Notes under the pieces: model-generated
What the model saw: only the letters and a program-made list of their open reading frames with translations
Told to the model about the DNA's origin: nothing
The model's database searches: none
Position numbers and translations under genes: made by a program
Source of the DNA: a virus
Taxonomy: Duplodnaviria > Heunggongvirae > Uroviricota > Caudoviricetes
Length of the DNA: 17,428 bases
IMG/VR virus record: IMGVR_UViG_2657244986_000007
Span: 1 to 17,428 of that record
Reading direction: 5' to 3' (one strand)
Shown here: piece after piece, positions 8,774-17,428 of the stretch
Numbering within the stretch: the first letter of the stretch is position 1
Layout: each line of letters starts with the position of its first letter

Positions 8774-8805
8774 GCCCTTTTTCAGGGCGGGGATGTGTAA
8801 GAGCG
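8774..8805 (-). promoter_or_regulatory. nutR (boxA plus boxB hairpin)
   Basis: Minus strand reads CGCTCTTACACATCCCCGCCCTGAAAAAGGGC: boxA CGCTCTTACACA and the boxB stem-loop GCCCTGAAAAAGGGC, as in lambda nutR. Confidence 0.85.
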
Positions 8806-8813
8806 GGAATGTC

Positions 8814-10166
<1,353 letters not shown>

Positions 10167-10216
10167 TCCTCACCTCGATTTCGATAACCAAAAAACAAAC
10201 TATTTTCCGTTTAAAA

Positions 10217-10284
10217 ACAATGGAGTTTGTTTTTCACGCCCCTTTTTACAATATTTCTTGTTTACAACATACAATCTTTCTTGT
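10217..10284. promoter_or_regulatory. Left operator OL (three 434-type sites) with pL
   Basis: ACAATGGAGTTTGT (10217-10230), ACAATATTTCTTGT (10248-10261) and ACAATCTTTCTTGT (10271-10284), all ACAA-N6-TTGT. Confidence 0.85.
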
Positions 10285-10328
10285 AATTTTAAGCCATCAG
10301 CAGGACGCACTAACCACCATTGAAGGTG

Positions 10329-10359
10329 AGGCTCTTAAAAATTTAGCCCTGAAGAAGGG
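10329..10359 (+). promoter_or_regulatory. nutL (boxA plus boxB hairpin)
   Basis: GGCTCTTAAAAATTTAGCCCTGAAGAAGGGC: boxA-like GCTCTTAAA and the boxB stem-loop GCCCTGAAGAAGGGC. Confidence 0.8.
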
Positions 10360-10470
10360 CAGCATTCAAAGCAGAAAGCTTTGAGTAGCGCGAAATGCAG
10401 CTGCAAGGCAGCAACCGTGGAGATAAGCATCACGGCGCGTTACTCAAAGCTAACTGACAGGAGAATCCAG

Positions 10471-11368
<898 letters not shown>

Positions 11369-11401
11369 TTAAAAGACAGGCATACTAATAAACACTGCAC
11401 T

Positions 11402-11429
11402 GTGTATTCATTCCAACGAGTGAATACAC
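11402..11429. repeat. Perfect 9-bp inverted repeat, GTGTATTCA-N10-TGAATACAC
   Basis: Seen directly in the sequence. No U-tract on either strand, so it looks operator-like or RNA-structural rather than a terminator. Confidence 0.6.
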
Positions 11430-11491
11430 GGAGCAATGTCGCTCGTAACTAAACAGGAGCCGACTTGTTCTGATTATTGGAAATCTTCTTT

Positions 11492-11519
11492 GCCCTCCAA
11501 TGTGAGGGCAGTTTTTTTT
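11492..11519 (+). terminator. Intrinsic terminator (tL-like) 13 nt upstream of the next start codon
   Basis: GCCCTC-CAATGT-GAGGGC followed by AGTTTTTTTT. Confidence 0.7.
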
Positions 11520-11532
11520 GACGGAGTAAACG

Positions 11533-11781
11533 ATGATAAAAACTGATTACCCTGCAGAGCTTAAACAAAAAGTAATAACAGCAATTAAATGCTCTTTTAT
11601 CTCATGTCGTACAGATGAAGAACGATATGTCGTTGAGTGTGCAATTGTCGAGTTTCTCACAGCGATGGAATTTACCGCTGCAGAATCAATAGATGTATTA
11701 AAGCAATCAGACGGAAATGATATTGAAACGGATGATGTTATTGACCGACTAATAAAATCATTCGAAGAAGAAATAGAGTAG
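11533..11781 (+). CDS. Small acidic protein, 82 aa, unknown function
   Basis: MIKTDYPAELKQKVITAIKCSFISCRTDEERYVVECAIVEF...DGNDIETDDVIDRLIKSFEEEIE, with an acidic C-terminus. GGAG Shine-Dalgarno upstream. Confidence 0.65.
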   Translation: MIKTDYPAELKQKVITAIKCSFISCRTDEERYVVECAIVEFLTAMEFTAAESIDVLKQSDGNDIETDDVIDRLIKSFEEEIE

Positions 11782-11864
11782 CCGCCTGAGCGCGGCTTTA
11801 CCGCATACCAATAATGCTTCACGAGAGGCATTTTCGTTATGCAATCAAATATAAGGAGTTACCC

Positions 11865-11999
11865 ATGATGCACTTTCAGCTCGCGGGTAGCGGCGTCATG
11901 TCCGCTTTCTACCCGCACGAATCTGAATTATCACGCCGAGTTAAACAATTAATCAGAGCAGCAAAGAAACAACTGGAGGCGTTATGCGCAATGAAATAG
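11865..11999 (+). CDS. cIII: CIII-like small protein (putative FtsH-inhibitor helix), 44 aa
   Basis: MMHFQLAGSGVMSAFYPHESELSRRVKQLIRAAKKQLEALCAMK. Its central amphipathic helix resembles lambda CIII (ESLLERITRKLRDGWKRL). AAGGAG Shine-Dalgarno upstream. Confidence 0.55.
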   Translation: MMHFQLAGSGVMSAFYPHESELSRRVKQLIRAAKKQLEALCAMK

Positions 12000-12136
12000 C
12001 CATTAATCACCAGATGCTTCGTGCTGCACAGAACAAAGCAGTAATAGCCAGATTTATTGGTGATTCCAAAATGTGGCTTGAAGCAAATAAAGCGATGAAA
12101 TCAGCCATCAACCTTCCGTGGTATCGCAGGAAATGA
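11984..12136 (+). CDS. Small protein, 50 aa, possibly Kil-like
   Basis: Hand translation: MRNEIAINHQMLRAAQNKAVIARFIGDSKMWLEANKAMKSAINLPWYRRK. GGAGG Shine-Dalgarno upstream; overlaps the cIII-like 3' end in another frame. The Kil assignment is a recollection of a FIGDxKM-like motif, unverified. Confidence 0.4.
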   Translation: MRNEIAINHQMLRAAQNKAVIARFIGDSKMWLEANKAMKSAINLPWYRRK

Positions 12137-12211
12137 GTTTTACAGATAACTGGTAAGACGAAGAATTCATTCGTCAGATGAAAGAATTAATCGGTAACGA
12201 AGGAGATATTC

Positions 12212-12382
12212 ATGTCACTTGCAACCACAGTGAAGGAGAGCAAGTTACAGAGACGCATGTACACGCAGAAAGCTCTCTGGTATCGCCATAATGGCGACCG
12301 CGAAGGAATGCGGGTATGCCTTAATTTGTCCCGAGTCGAAGTATTAAATCAGCGTTATTTTCTTGGGCCATGTCCATTCTGA
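12212..12382 (+). CDS. Small hypothetical protein, 56 aa
   Basis: MSLATTVKESKLQRRMYTQKALWYRHNGDREGMRVCLNLSRVEVLNQRYFLGPCPF. AAGGAGA Shine-Dalgarno upstream. Ends 8 nt before the annealing-protein start. Confidence 0.4.
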   Translation: MSLATTVKESKLQRRMYTQKALWYRHNGDREGMRVCLNLSRVEVLNQRYFLGPCPF

Positions 12383-12390
12383 GGTGATTT

Positions 12391-13098
12391 ATGGATTTGA
12401 ATAAATTCGATGAGCCATTCAGCCCTGAAGATATCGAATGGCGAATACAGCAAAGCGGTAAAACACGCGATGGCAAAGTGTGGGCTATGGTGCTGGCTTA
12501 TGTCACGAACCGGGCAATCATGAAACGCCTGGACGATGTTTGCGGCAAAGCAGGATGGCGCAATGAATACCGCGATATTCCCAACAACGGAGGCGTTGAA
12601 TGCGGCATATCAATCAGGATTGATTCCGAATGGGTAACCAAATGGGATGCTGCTGAAAACACGCAGGTAGAAGCCGTCAAAGGTGGTCGTTCAGGTGCAA
12701 TGAAGCGTGCTGCCGTTCAGTGGGGAATCGGTCGGTATCTGTATAACCTTGAGGAAGGTTTCGCACAAACATCTCTCGATAAAAAGCATGGGTGGCACAG
12801 GGCAAAACTGAAGGATGGAACAGGATTTTACTGGTCCCCTCCATCGCTGCCGGGCTGGGCAATCCCAGCATCAGATAACAAACCATCACCAGAAAATACC
12901 AACCAGAAATCTCCATCGGTTGACTGCGAACAAATCCTGAAAGACTTCAGCGATTATGCGTCAACAGAAACTGACAAGAAAAAACTCATCGAGCGTTATC
13001 AGCGTGACTGGCAATTAATGGCTGGCAACGAGGAGGCGCAGGCTAAATGCGTTCAGGTAATGAACATCAGAGTTAACGAGCTAAAACAGGCGGCATAA
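12391..13098 (+). CDS. Single-strand annealing recombinase, Rad52/Rad22 family, 235 aa
   Basis: Central motif ...GGRSGAMKRAAVQWGIGRYLYNL... is typical of Rad52-type phage annealing proteins. Located upstream of SSB and an exonuclease. Confidence 0.8.
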   Translation: MDLNKFDEPFSPEDIEWRIQQSGKTRDGKVWAMVLAYVTNRAIMKRLDDVCGKAGWRNEYRDIPNNGGVECGISIRIDSEWVTKWDAAENTQVEAVKGGRSGAMKRAAVQWGIGRYLYNLEEGFAQTSLDKKHGWHRAKLKDGTGFYWSPPSLPGWAIPASDNKPSPENTNQKSPSVDCEQILKDFSDYASTETDKKKLIERYQRDWQLMAGNEEAQAKCVQVMNIRVNELKQAA

Positions 13099-13572
13099 AT
13101 GGCAAGCAGAGGCGTAAATAAGGTGATCATTATTGGTCGCCTTGGGCATGATCCAGAAATCAGATATTCACCATCAGGAACGGCATTTGCAAACCTTACA
13201 GTTGCTACGTCAGAACAATGGCGTGATAAGCAAACTGGAGAGCAAAAGGAGCAGACGGAGTGGCACCGCGTGGTAATGAGCGGGAAACTGGCAGAAATTG
13301 CCAGCGAATATCTGCGAAAAGGCTCTGAGGTTTATCTTGAAGGAAAATTGCGGACAAGAAAATGGCAGGATCAAAGCGGACAGGATCGGTTCACTACCGA
13401 AGTCATCGTGGGCGTTGGTGGAACCATGCAAATGCTTGGTGGCAAGCAAGGAGGCAATGAACAGTCTTCACCTCAGCGAAATAACGGCCAGCAACAAAGA
13501 CAGCAATCTCAGCAGCATGGGAATCACAGCGAACCACCTATGAACTTCGACGATTCGGATATTCCGTTCTAG
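13099..13572 (+). CDS. ssb: Single-stranded DNA-binding protein (SSB), 157 aa
   Basis: OB-fold N-terminus ([43 protein letters not shown]...TEWHRVV), Gly/Gln-rich linker and acidic tail ending DDSDIPF. Confidence 0.95.
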   Translation: MASRGVNKVIIIGRLGHDPEIRYSPSGTAFANLTVATSEQWRDKQTGEQKEQTEWHRVVMSGKLAEIASEYLRKGSEVYLEGKLRTRKWQDQSGQDRFTTEVIVGVGGTMQMLGGKQGGNEQSSPQRNNGQQQRQQSQQHGNHSEPPMNFDDSDIPF

Positions 13573-13581
13573 GAGCTGAAT

Positions 13582-14061
13582 ATGAAAGTCTGCTCAAGAT
13601 GCCATCAACAGAAGGAAGAAAGGGACTTTCAAATCAGAAGAGCATCCAGAGATGGATTAACTGCCGCTTGCCGGGCTTGCCTGGCTGAATACGACAAAGA
13701 ACGCGCTGGATTGCCACATCGAGTATCAGCAAGGAGAGAATATCAATCATCGGAACGCGGAAGAGAACGGTGTAACGCAGCCAAAAAGCGGTTCATTCAG
13801 AGCAACCCATGGAAAAGAAAAGCCCACATCATTGTGGGTAATTTTTTGCGCGACGGTAAGCTAATCCGACCACCACAATGTGAGTGCTGCGGATCAGAAT
13901 GTAAACCACAGGCGCACCACTGCGACTACAGCAAACCAACCGATGTGATGTGGCTCTGCAAGTCATGTCATGTCGAGTGGCACAAACATAACAAACCTAT
14001 CTACCCAGACGAGGAACCAGTAACTCTCCCCTTCCCTCGTCACGCTATTCACGCAATTTAA
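13582..14061 (+). CDS. HNH-family endonuclease, 159 aa
   Basis: Cys pairs CSRCH, CRAC and CECCG, plus ...QAHHCDYSKPTDVMWLCKSCHVEWH, consistent with an HNH/zinc-binding nuclease motif. Confidence 0.7.
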   Translation: MKVCSRCHQQKEERDFQIRRASRDGLTAACRACLAEYDKERAGLPHRVSARREYQSSERGRERCNAAKKRFIQSNPWKRKAHIIVGNFLRDGKLIRPPQCECCGSECKPQAHHCDYSKPTDVMWLCKSCHVEWHKHNKPIYPDEEPVTLPFPRHAIHAI

Positions 14062-14069
14062 GGACTTAC

Positions 14070-14618
14070 ATGAATCACTTGATGGTTGACCTTGAAACAA
14101 TGGGCAACGGGCCATACGCGCCAGTTATTTCTATTGGGGCGGTATTCTTTGACCCGAATACCGGAGAAACAGGAGAAGAGTTCTCGGTAAATATCTCGCT
14201 TGAATCATCAATGCGATATCGAGCGCGTCCTGACGCTTCAACGATTTTATGGTGGCTGGAACAGAGTGAAGAAGCCAGAAAATCGCTAACCAGCAACACT
14301 CAGGAGCTTTCAACGGCTCTTTCATGGTTATCTGAATTCATCATAAAGAACGCTAACCACAAATTCGTTCAGGTTTGGGGGAATGGAGCATCATTTGACT
14401 GCGTTATTCTCCGAAACAGTTATTCGCTGACAGGGCAGCCAGTTCCGTGGCAGTGGTGGAATGACCGCGACGTAAGAACAATCGTCGAACTTGGGAAGGT
14501 AATAGGATTCGACCCTAAGCGAGATATGCCATTCAAAGGAACTCGCCACAACGCGCTTGATGATGCCATTCACCAAGCCAAATACGTTTCAGCGATCTGG
14601 AAAAAGTTAGCTAAATAA
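14070..14618 (+). CDS. 3'-5' exonuclease, DEDD (DnaQ-like) family, 182 aa
   Basis: Exo I motif MVDLETMG and Exo III motif H-NALDDA; size and layout fit DEDDh exonucleases. Confidence 0.8.
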   Translation: MNHLMVDLETMGNGPYAPVISIGAVFFDPNTGETGEEFSVNISLESSMRYRARPDASTILWWLEQSEEARKSLTSNTQELSTALSWLSEFIIKNANHKFVQVWGNGASFDCVILRNSYSLTGQPVPWQWWNDRDVRTIVELGKVIGFDPKRDMPFKGTRHNALDDAIHQAKYVSAIWKKLAK

Positions 14619-14634
14619 TCAACAGGAGAAAACC

Positions 14635-14931
14635 ATGCCAGCGCCTCTGTATGGTGCGGATGACGCGCGCCGCTGTTCCGGCAATTCCGTATCGGAGGTG
14701 CTGGATAAATTCAGAAAAAACTACGATCGGATAATGTCGCTACCGCAGGAAACGAAAGAGGAAAAGGAATTTCGCCATTGTATATGGCTTGCAGAGAAAG
14801 AAGAACGAGAGCGAATTTACCAGACATCAATCCGACCATTCCGCAAAGCCACATATACCCAATTCCCTGAATATATCGACCCGCGCCTGCGTAATTACCG
14901 CTCACGCTATGGCGCTATCAGTAATGACTGA
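14635..14931 (+). CDS. Hypothetical protein, 98 aa
   Basis: ORF with AGGAGA Shine-Dalgarno upstream; no recognisable motif. Confidence 0.55.
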   Translation: MPAPLYGADDARRCSGNSVSEVLDKFRKNYDRIMSLPQETKEEKEFRHCIWLAEKEERERIYQTSIRPFRKATYTQFPEYIDPRLRNYRSRYGAISND

Positions 14932-14941
14932 GGAATTTACC

Positions 14942-15109
14942 ATGAGAGGACTTGCATACAATCCCGGCATTCTTCCGGCAGAAATGATTATTCGCCAACG
15001 CGTAAAGCCAATGCCATCGAGAGAGGAATTGCTTAAGAGAAAGAGTTTCGGTTCTGTTAATGACAACAAATATCTGAATGCGATGTTGCGCAAAGGAGGC
15101 AACCGGTGA
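14942..15109 (+). CDS. Hypothetical small protein, 55 aa
   Basis: [55 protein letters not shown], with GAGGAA upstream. The track ORF 14789..15109 is probably an extension. Confidence 0.45.
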   Translation: MRGLAYNPGILPAEMIIRQRVKPMPSREELLKRKSFGSVNDNKYLNAMLRKGGNR

Positions 15110-15189
15110 CTGGACATGCAGCGATCCTCGACATGTGCTGTGGCAGCCGCATGTTCTGGTTAGATAAGAATGACGAACGGGCGAGATAA
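15106..15189 (+). pseudogene. 27-codon ORF with a strong RBS, possibly a truncated methyltransferase N-terminus (gene remnant)
   Basis: AGGAGG lies 5 nt before a GTG that overlaps the preceding stop (GTGA). Peptide (M)[26 protein letters not shown]; ILDMCCGS resembles SAM-binding motif I. Stops in all frames follow. Confidence 0.3.
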
Positions 15190-15239
15190 GCGATCGGTTA
15201 AGTGCTATAGTAATGCGCTTTTGTATTTATGGAGTGAAT

Positions 15240-15938
15240 ATGAAAAATATCCTACTGGCATCATTGTTAGTGGCATCGCCGGGTGCATTTGCAGCCAGCT
15301 TTGACTGCCAAAAGGCTTCGACAGCAATCGAACATAAAATCTGCGATAACGAACGTCTGTCAAAATTAGACGAACAGCTTAGCTCTGCCTATTCTAGTGC
15401 CCTCAAAGAAAACCCAGAGAACGCAGACACCATAAAAATGGTTCAACGTCAGTGGGTAAATATGCGTGGAAAACTCACTGATAATAAGGCTCTGGAGCTG
15501 GCTTATCTTATCCAAATTAATGGCCTCAAAGGTTTGGGGAGTTCAGTCAGCGTAACAGCGGCCAATGAGATACCCACGTCGACGCAGAAACATTCTGAAG
15601 AGCAGGAAGAAACAAGTAAGGCAGAAGTTAAGTCGGTCAAGAACGGCAATAAGCTAACCTTAGAGTCATTCCGAGCTAAATATGTAGAAGTAGATGGTGA
15701 GTATTACAGCACGACATCCATTCCTAGAGGCAGTTCGTTCTTGTTCACTTGCGCCAGTCGTATTGCTGATGACCAAGTGAATGTTTGGAAGAAACATGCA
15801 GCCAAAGAGGGCAAAATCGACCTATTCTTTGAGGTTGAGAATCACTTACACACTGCTATGTTGAACGCCAATTTCCAGAAGTTGAATTCAGACCCTGCCA
15901 AAAGAGGTATTTGTAATCTGATTAACGCAGTGCCGTAA
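15240..15938 (+). CDS. Secreted protein with an N-terminal LprI-like (DUF1311, lysozyme-inhibitor-like) domain, 232 aa
   Basis: Signal peptide MKNILLASLLVASPGAFA, then FDCQKASTAIEHKICDNERLSKLDEQLSSAYSSALKE...QRQWVNMRG, the hallmark DUF1311 pattern. AT-rich gene. The track start at 15213 is an extension. Confidence 0.75.
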   Translation: MKNILLASLLVASPGAFAASFDCQKASTAIEHKICDNERLSKLDEQLSSAYSSALKENPENADTIKMVQRQWVNMRGKLTDNKALELAYLIQINGLKGLGSSVSVTAANEIPTSTQKHSEEQEETSKAEVKSVKNGNKLTLESFRAKYVEVDGEYYSTTSIPRGSSFLFTCASRIADDQVNVWKKHAAKEGKIDLFFEVENHLHTAMLNANFQKLNSDPAKRGICNLINAVP

Positions 15939-15948
15939 GTAAATTTAG

Positions 15949-15978
15949 GGCCACAGTTGTGGCCTTAAATATTTTTTC
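15949..15978 (+). terminator. Putative intrinsic terminator after the LprI-like gene
   Basis: GGCCA-CAGTTG-TGGCC followed by TTAAATATTTTTT. Confidence 0.55.
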
Positions 15979-16106
15979 AGCCTTTTCTTATTTGTAATAA
16001 GCAGTACTTAGTAGTGCTTATAAAACAGAATAAAAAACATATGACTTTGGCGATTACCCAGTAAAGATATTCGAAATAAATGTAAATATCGGCAATGAAT
16101 AACAAT

Positions 16107-16133
16107 CCTCGCACTCGCGGGGATTTCTTTTAT
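16107..16133 (+). terminator. Hairpin plus U-tract immediately upstream of the 16145 gene (terminator or attenuator-like)
   Basis: CCTCGC-ACTC-GCGGGG (one G.U pair) followed by ATTTCTTTTAT. The RBS GGGGA and the ATG follow within about 12 nt. Confidence 0.4.
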
Positions 16134-16144
16134 ATGGGGATAAT

Positions 16145-16945
16145 ATGACCATCCACTTTCACGGCAGCCCAATATGGGGGGATGAGCATGCCCCTACAGA
16201 TATGCTGATTAAAGCCCTTTACCGTGATGGTGGGGCTTTTGTTTCATTTGCCAGACCAGAGCAGATGAAAAAGATTGCCATGTTCCCTTGTGATATACGC
16301 CTTGATAACGGCGCTTTTAGCGACTGGATGAAAGCATTAAAGAAAGGCACTCCGGTAGACTGGAGTAAGAGGCGAGCAAAATTCTACGACTTTGTTGGGA
16401 AGTGGTTCAGCAGAATTGAATGGTTTCTTATACCTGACGTTATCGAAGGGACAGAGGCAGAAAACGACGAGCAGATTGAGTTGGTTCCTGATTGGCTAAA
16501 ATCAAAAGCGGTTCCGGTCTGGCATACCGACGAATCAATTGAACGTCTTTTACGCCTTTCTGGCAAATTTGAATGGGTGGCGATTGGATGCTGCGGCCCA
16601 CACAGGCACATACGCTCTAAATGGTGGGAACAGAGAATGGATGAAGTTTTCACTGAGCTTTATATCAATCGTAATTTGAAAGTGAAAATTCATGGTCTTC
16701 GAATGCTCGACGTGAGAGTTCTTGGTATGTATCCGTTCGCCAGTGCGGATTCTACTAATGTTGCTGTTAACGTACCGAAGACAGAGAAGCGATTTCCTGA
16801 GATTACTGACAAACTGGCACGTACAGCTGTACTTCGCGCTGCTATTGAAAAGGTGCACCCGCCATCGATATCAGCATGGGTAGACAGAAAGATGAGAGAG
16901 CCGGCGCAAGCCGGTTTTTTATTTGAATTCACCGACGCCGCTTAA
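16145..16945 (+). CDS. Protein of unknown function, 266 aa
   Basis: Long ORF preceded by GGGGA. No motif I can assign with confidence (no P-loop, no PP-loop, no HTH recognised). Confidence 0.75.
   Translation: MTIHFHGSPIWGDEHAPTDMLIKALYRDGGAFVSFARPEQMKKIAMFPCDIRLDNGAFSDWMKALKKGTPVDWSKRRAKFYDFVGKWFSRIEWFLIPDVIEGTEAENDEQIELVPDWLKSKAVPVWHTDESIERLLRLSGKFEWVAIGCCGPHRHIRSKWWEQRMDEVFTELYINRNLKVKIHGLRMLDVRVLGMYPFASADSTNVAVNVPKTEKRFPEITDKLARTAVLRAAIEKVHPPSISAWVDRKMREPAQAGFLFEFTDAA
16899..16924 (+). terminator. Intrinsic-terminator-like hairpin with a GCAA tetraloop inside the last 15 codons of the 16145 gene
   Basis: CCGGC-GCAA-GCCGG followed by TTTTTTATTT. Confidence 0.55.
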
Positions 16946-16964
16946 TGCGGATTTCTTTTATCTG

Positions 16965-16989
16965 AACTCGCTACGGCGAGTTTTGTTTT
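16965..16989 (+). terminator. Intrinsic terminator downstream of the 16145 gene
   Basis: AACTCGC-TACG-GCGAGTT followed by TTTGTTTT. Confidence 0.6.
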
Positions 16990-17002
16990 ATGGAGATGAT
17001 AA

Positions 17003-17170
17003 ATGCACTTCCGAGTAACAGGTGAATGGAATGGAGAACCATTCAACAGAGTTATCGAAGCAGAGAACATCAACGACTGCTATGACCACTGGATGCTGTG
17101 GGCGCAGATGGCACATGCAGACGTAACCAATATTCGAATTGAAGAACTGAAAGAACACCAAGCCGCCTGA
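17003..17170 (+). CDS. Small hypothetical protein, about 55 aa
   Basis: MHFRVTGEWNGEPFNRVIEAENINDCYDHWMLWAQMAHADVTNIRIEELKEH.... GGAGA Shine-Dalgarno upstream. The 3' end is uncertain by a few nt: my hand reading and the ORF track disagree on the stop position. Confidence 0.4.
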   Translation: MHFRVTGEWNGEPFNRVIEAENINDCYDHWMLWAQMAHADVTNIRIEELKEHQAA

Positions 17171-17186
17171 TGGCGGTTTTTTATTG
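17160..17186 (+). terminator. Intrinsic terminator
   Basis: CCGCC-TGAT-GGCGG followed by TTTTTTATT. Confidence 0.7.
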
Positions 17187-17227
17187 CCTGATTTGCAGGT
17201 TCGATTCCCTATTCGGAGATAGCACTC

Positions 17228-17428
17228 ATGCAACACGAACTACAGCCTGATTCACTGGTTGATTTGAAATTCATCATGGCCGATACTGGATTCGGTAAAA
17301 CCTTCATCTATGACCGGATTAAGTCCGGAGACCTTCCAAAAGCCAAAGTTATCCACGGGCGAGCAAGATGGTTATATCGTGACCATTGTGAATTCAAAAA
17401 TAAGCTCTTAAGCCGCGCCAATGGGTAA
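17228..17428 (+). CDS. Excisionase / AlpA-family small DNA-binding protein (Xis-like), 66 aa
   Basis: ...LKFIMADTGFGKTFIYDRIKSGDLPKAKVIHGRARWLYRDHCEF... looks like an AlpA/Xis-type HTH. It sits at the distal end of the leftward operon where xis is expected; integrase would lie beyond the window. Confidence 0.55.
   Translation: MQHELQPDSLVDLKFIMADTGFGKTFIYDRIKSGDLPKAKVIHGRARWLYRDHCEFKNKLLSRANG

Noticed and set aside
11547-11831. Minus-strand 94-aa ORF
   Set aside because: Antisense to the acidic-protein gene; Ser-rich and chance-like.
12498-13543. ORFs 12498..12680 (-), 12677..12916 (-), 13210..13449 (-) and 13298..13543 (+)
   Set aside because: Inside the Rad52-type recombinase and SSB genes, antisense or out of frame.
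14075-14905. Minus-strand ORFs inside the exonuclease and 98-aa genes
   Set aside because: Antisense to plus-strand genes in a uniformly plus-strand operon.
14789-15117. 106-aa plus ORF (long form) and 71-aa minus ORF
   Set aside because: The long form overlaps the preceding gene and has no RBS; the internal-ATG 55-aa product is preferred. The minus ORF is antisense.
16384-16932. Three minus-strand ORFs inside the 266-aa gene
   Set aside because: Antisense to the long plus-strand ORF.
16145-16945. Assignment of the 266-aa protein as PAPS-reductase-like or as a DpdA/TGT-like DNA-modification enzyme
   Set aside because: No PP-loop (SGGKDS) and no recognisable TGT zinc or catalytic motifs could be identified by eye. 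It is left as unknown pending profile or structure search.
16988-17236. Minus-strand 82-aa ORF
   Set aside because: Spans two plus-strand terminators and is antisense to a plus ORF that has an RBS. The orientation conflicts with the surrounding operon.

Overview
This window is almost the whole early/regulatory half of a lambdoid prophage (an Escherichia-type lambda/434 mosaic), drawn in reverse relative to the usual lambda map. All calls come from reading the sequence and recognising well-known protein and site sequences from memory; no database search was run, and coordinates I derived by hand may be off by 1-2 nt. On the minus strand, from high to low coordinate: cro, nutR, a cII homolog, an unusual small ORF, O with origin iterons, a DnaB-type helicase, a tR2-like terminator, a nin region (ninB, MT-A70 methyltransferase, ninD, ninE, NinX-like, ninF, ninG, ninH, Ser/Thr phosphatase), Q, pR'/tR', holin S, endolysin R and the start of Rz. 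On the plus strand: a 434-type cI with canonical 434 OR and OL operators, a cI-coupled secreted protein in the rex position, nutL, N, a cIII/Kil-like cluster, a recombination module (Rad52-type annealing protein, SSB, HNH endonuclease, DEDD exonuclease), two terminator-insulated morons, and an Xis/AlpA-like gene at the right edge. Integrase is outside the window. No tRNA, rRNA, CRISPR array or IS element was seen. The best candidates for undescribed biology are (1) a convergently transcribed 164-aa coiled-coil/zinc-ribbon gene between N and cIII, with its own repeat-bearing control region, (2) the signal-peptide protein coupled to cI, and (3) a 266-aa gene boxed in by hairpin terminators.
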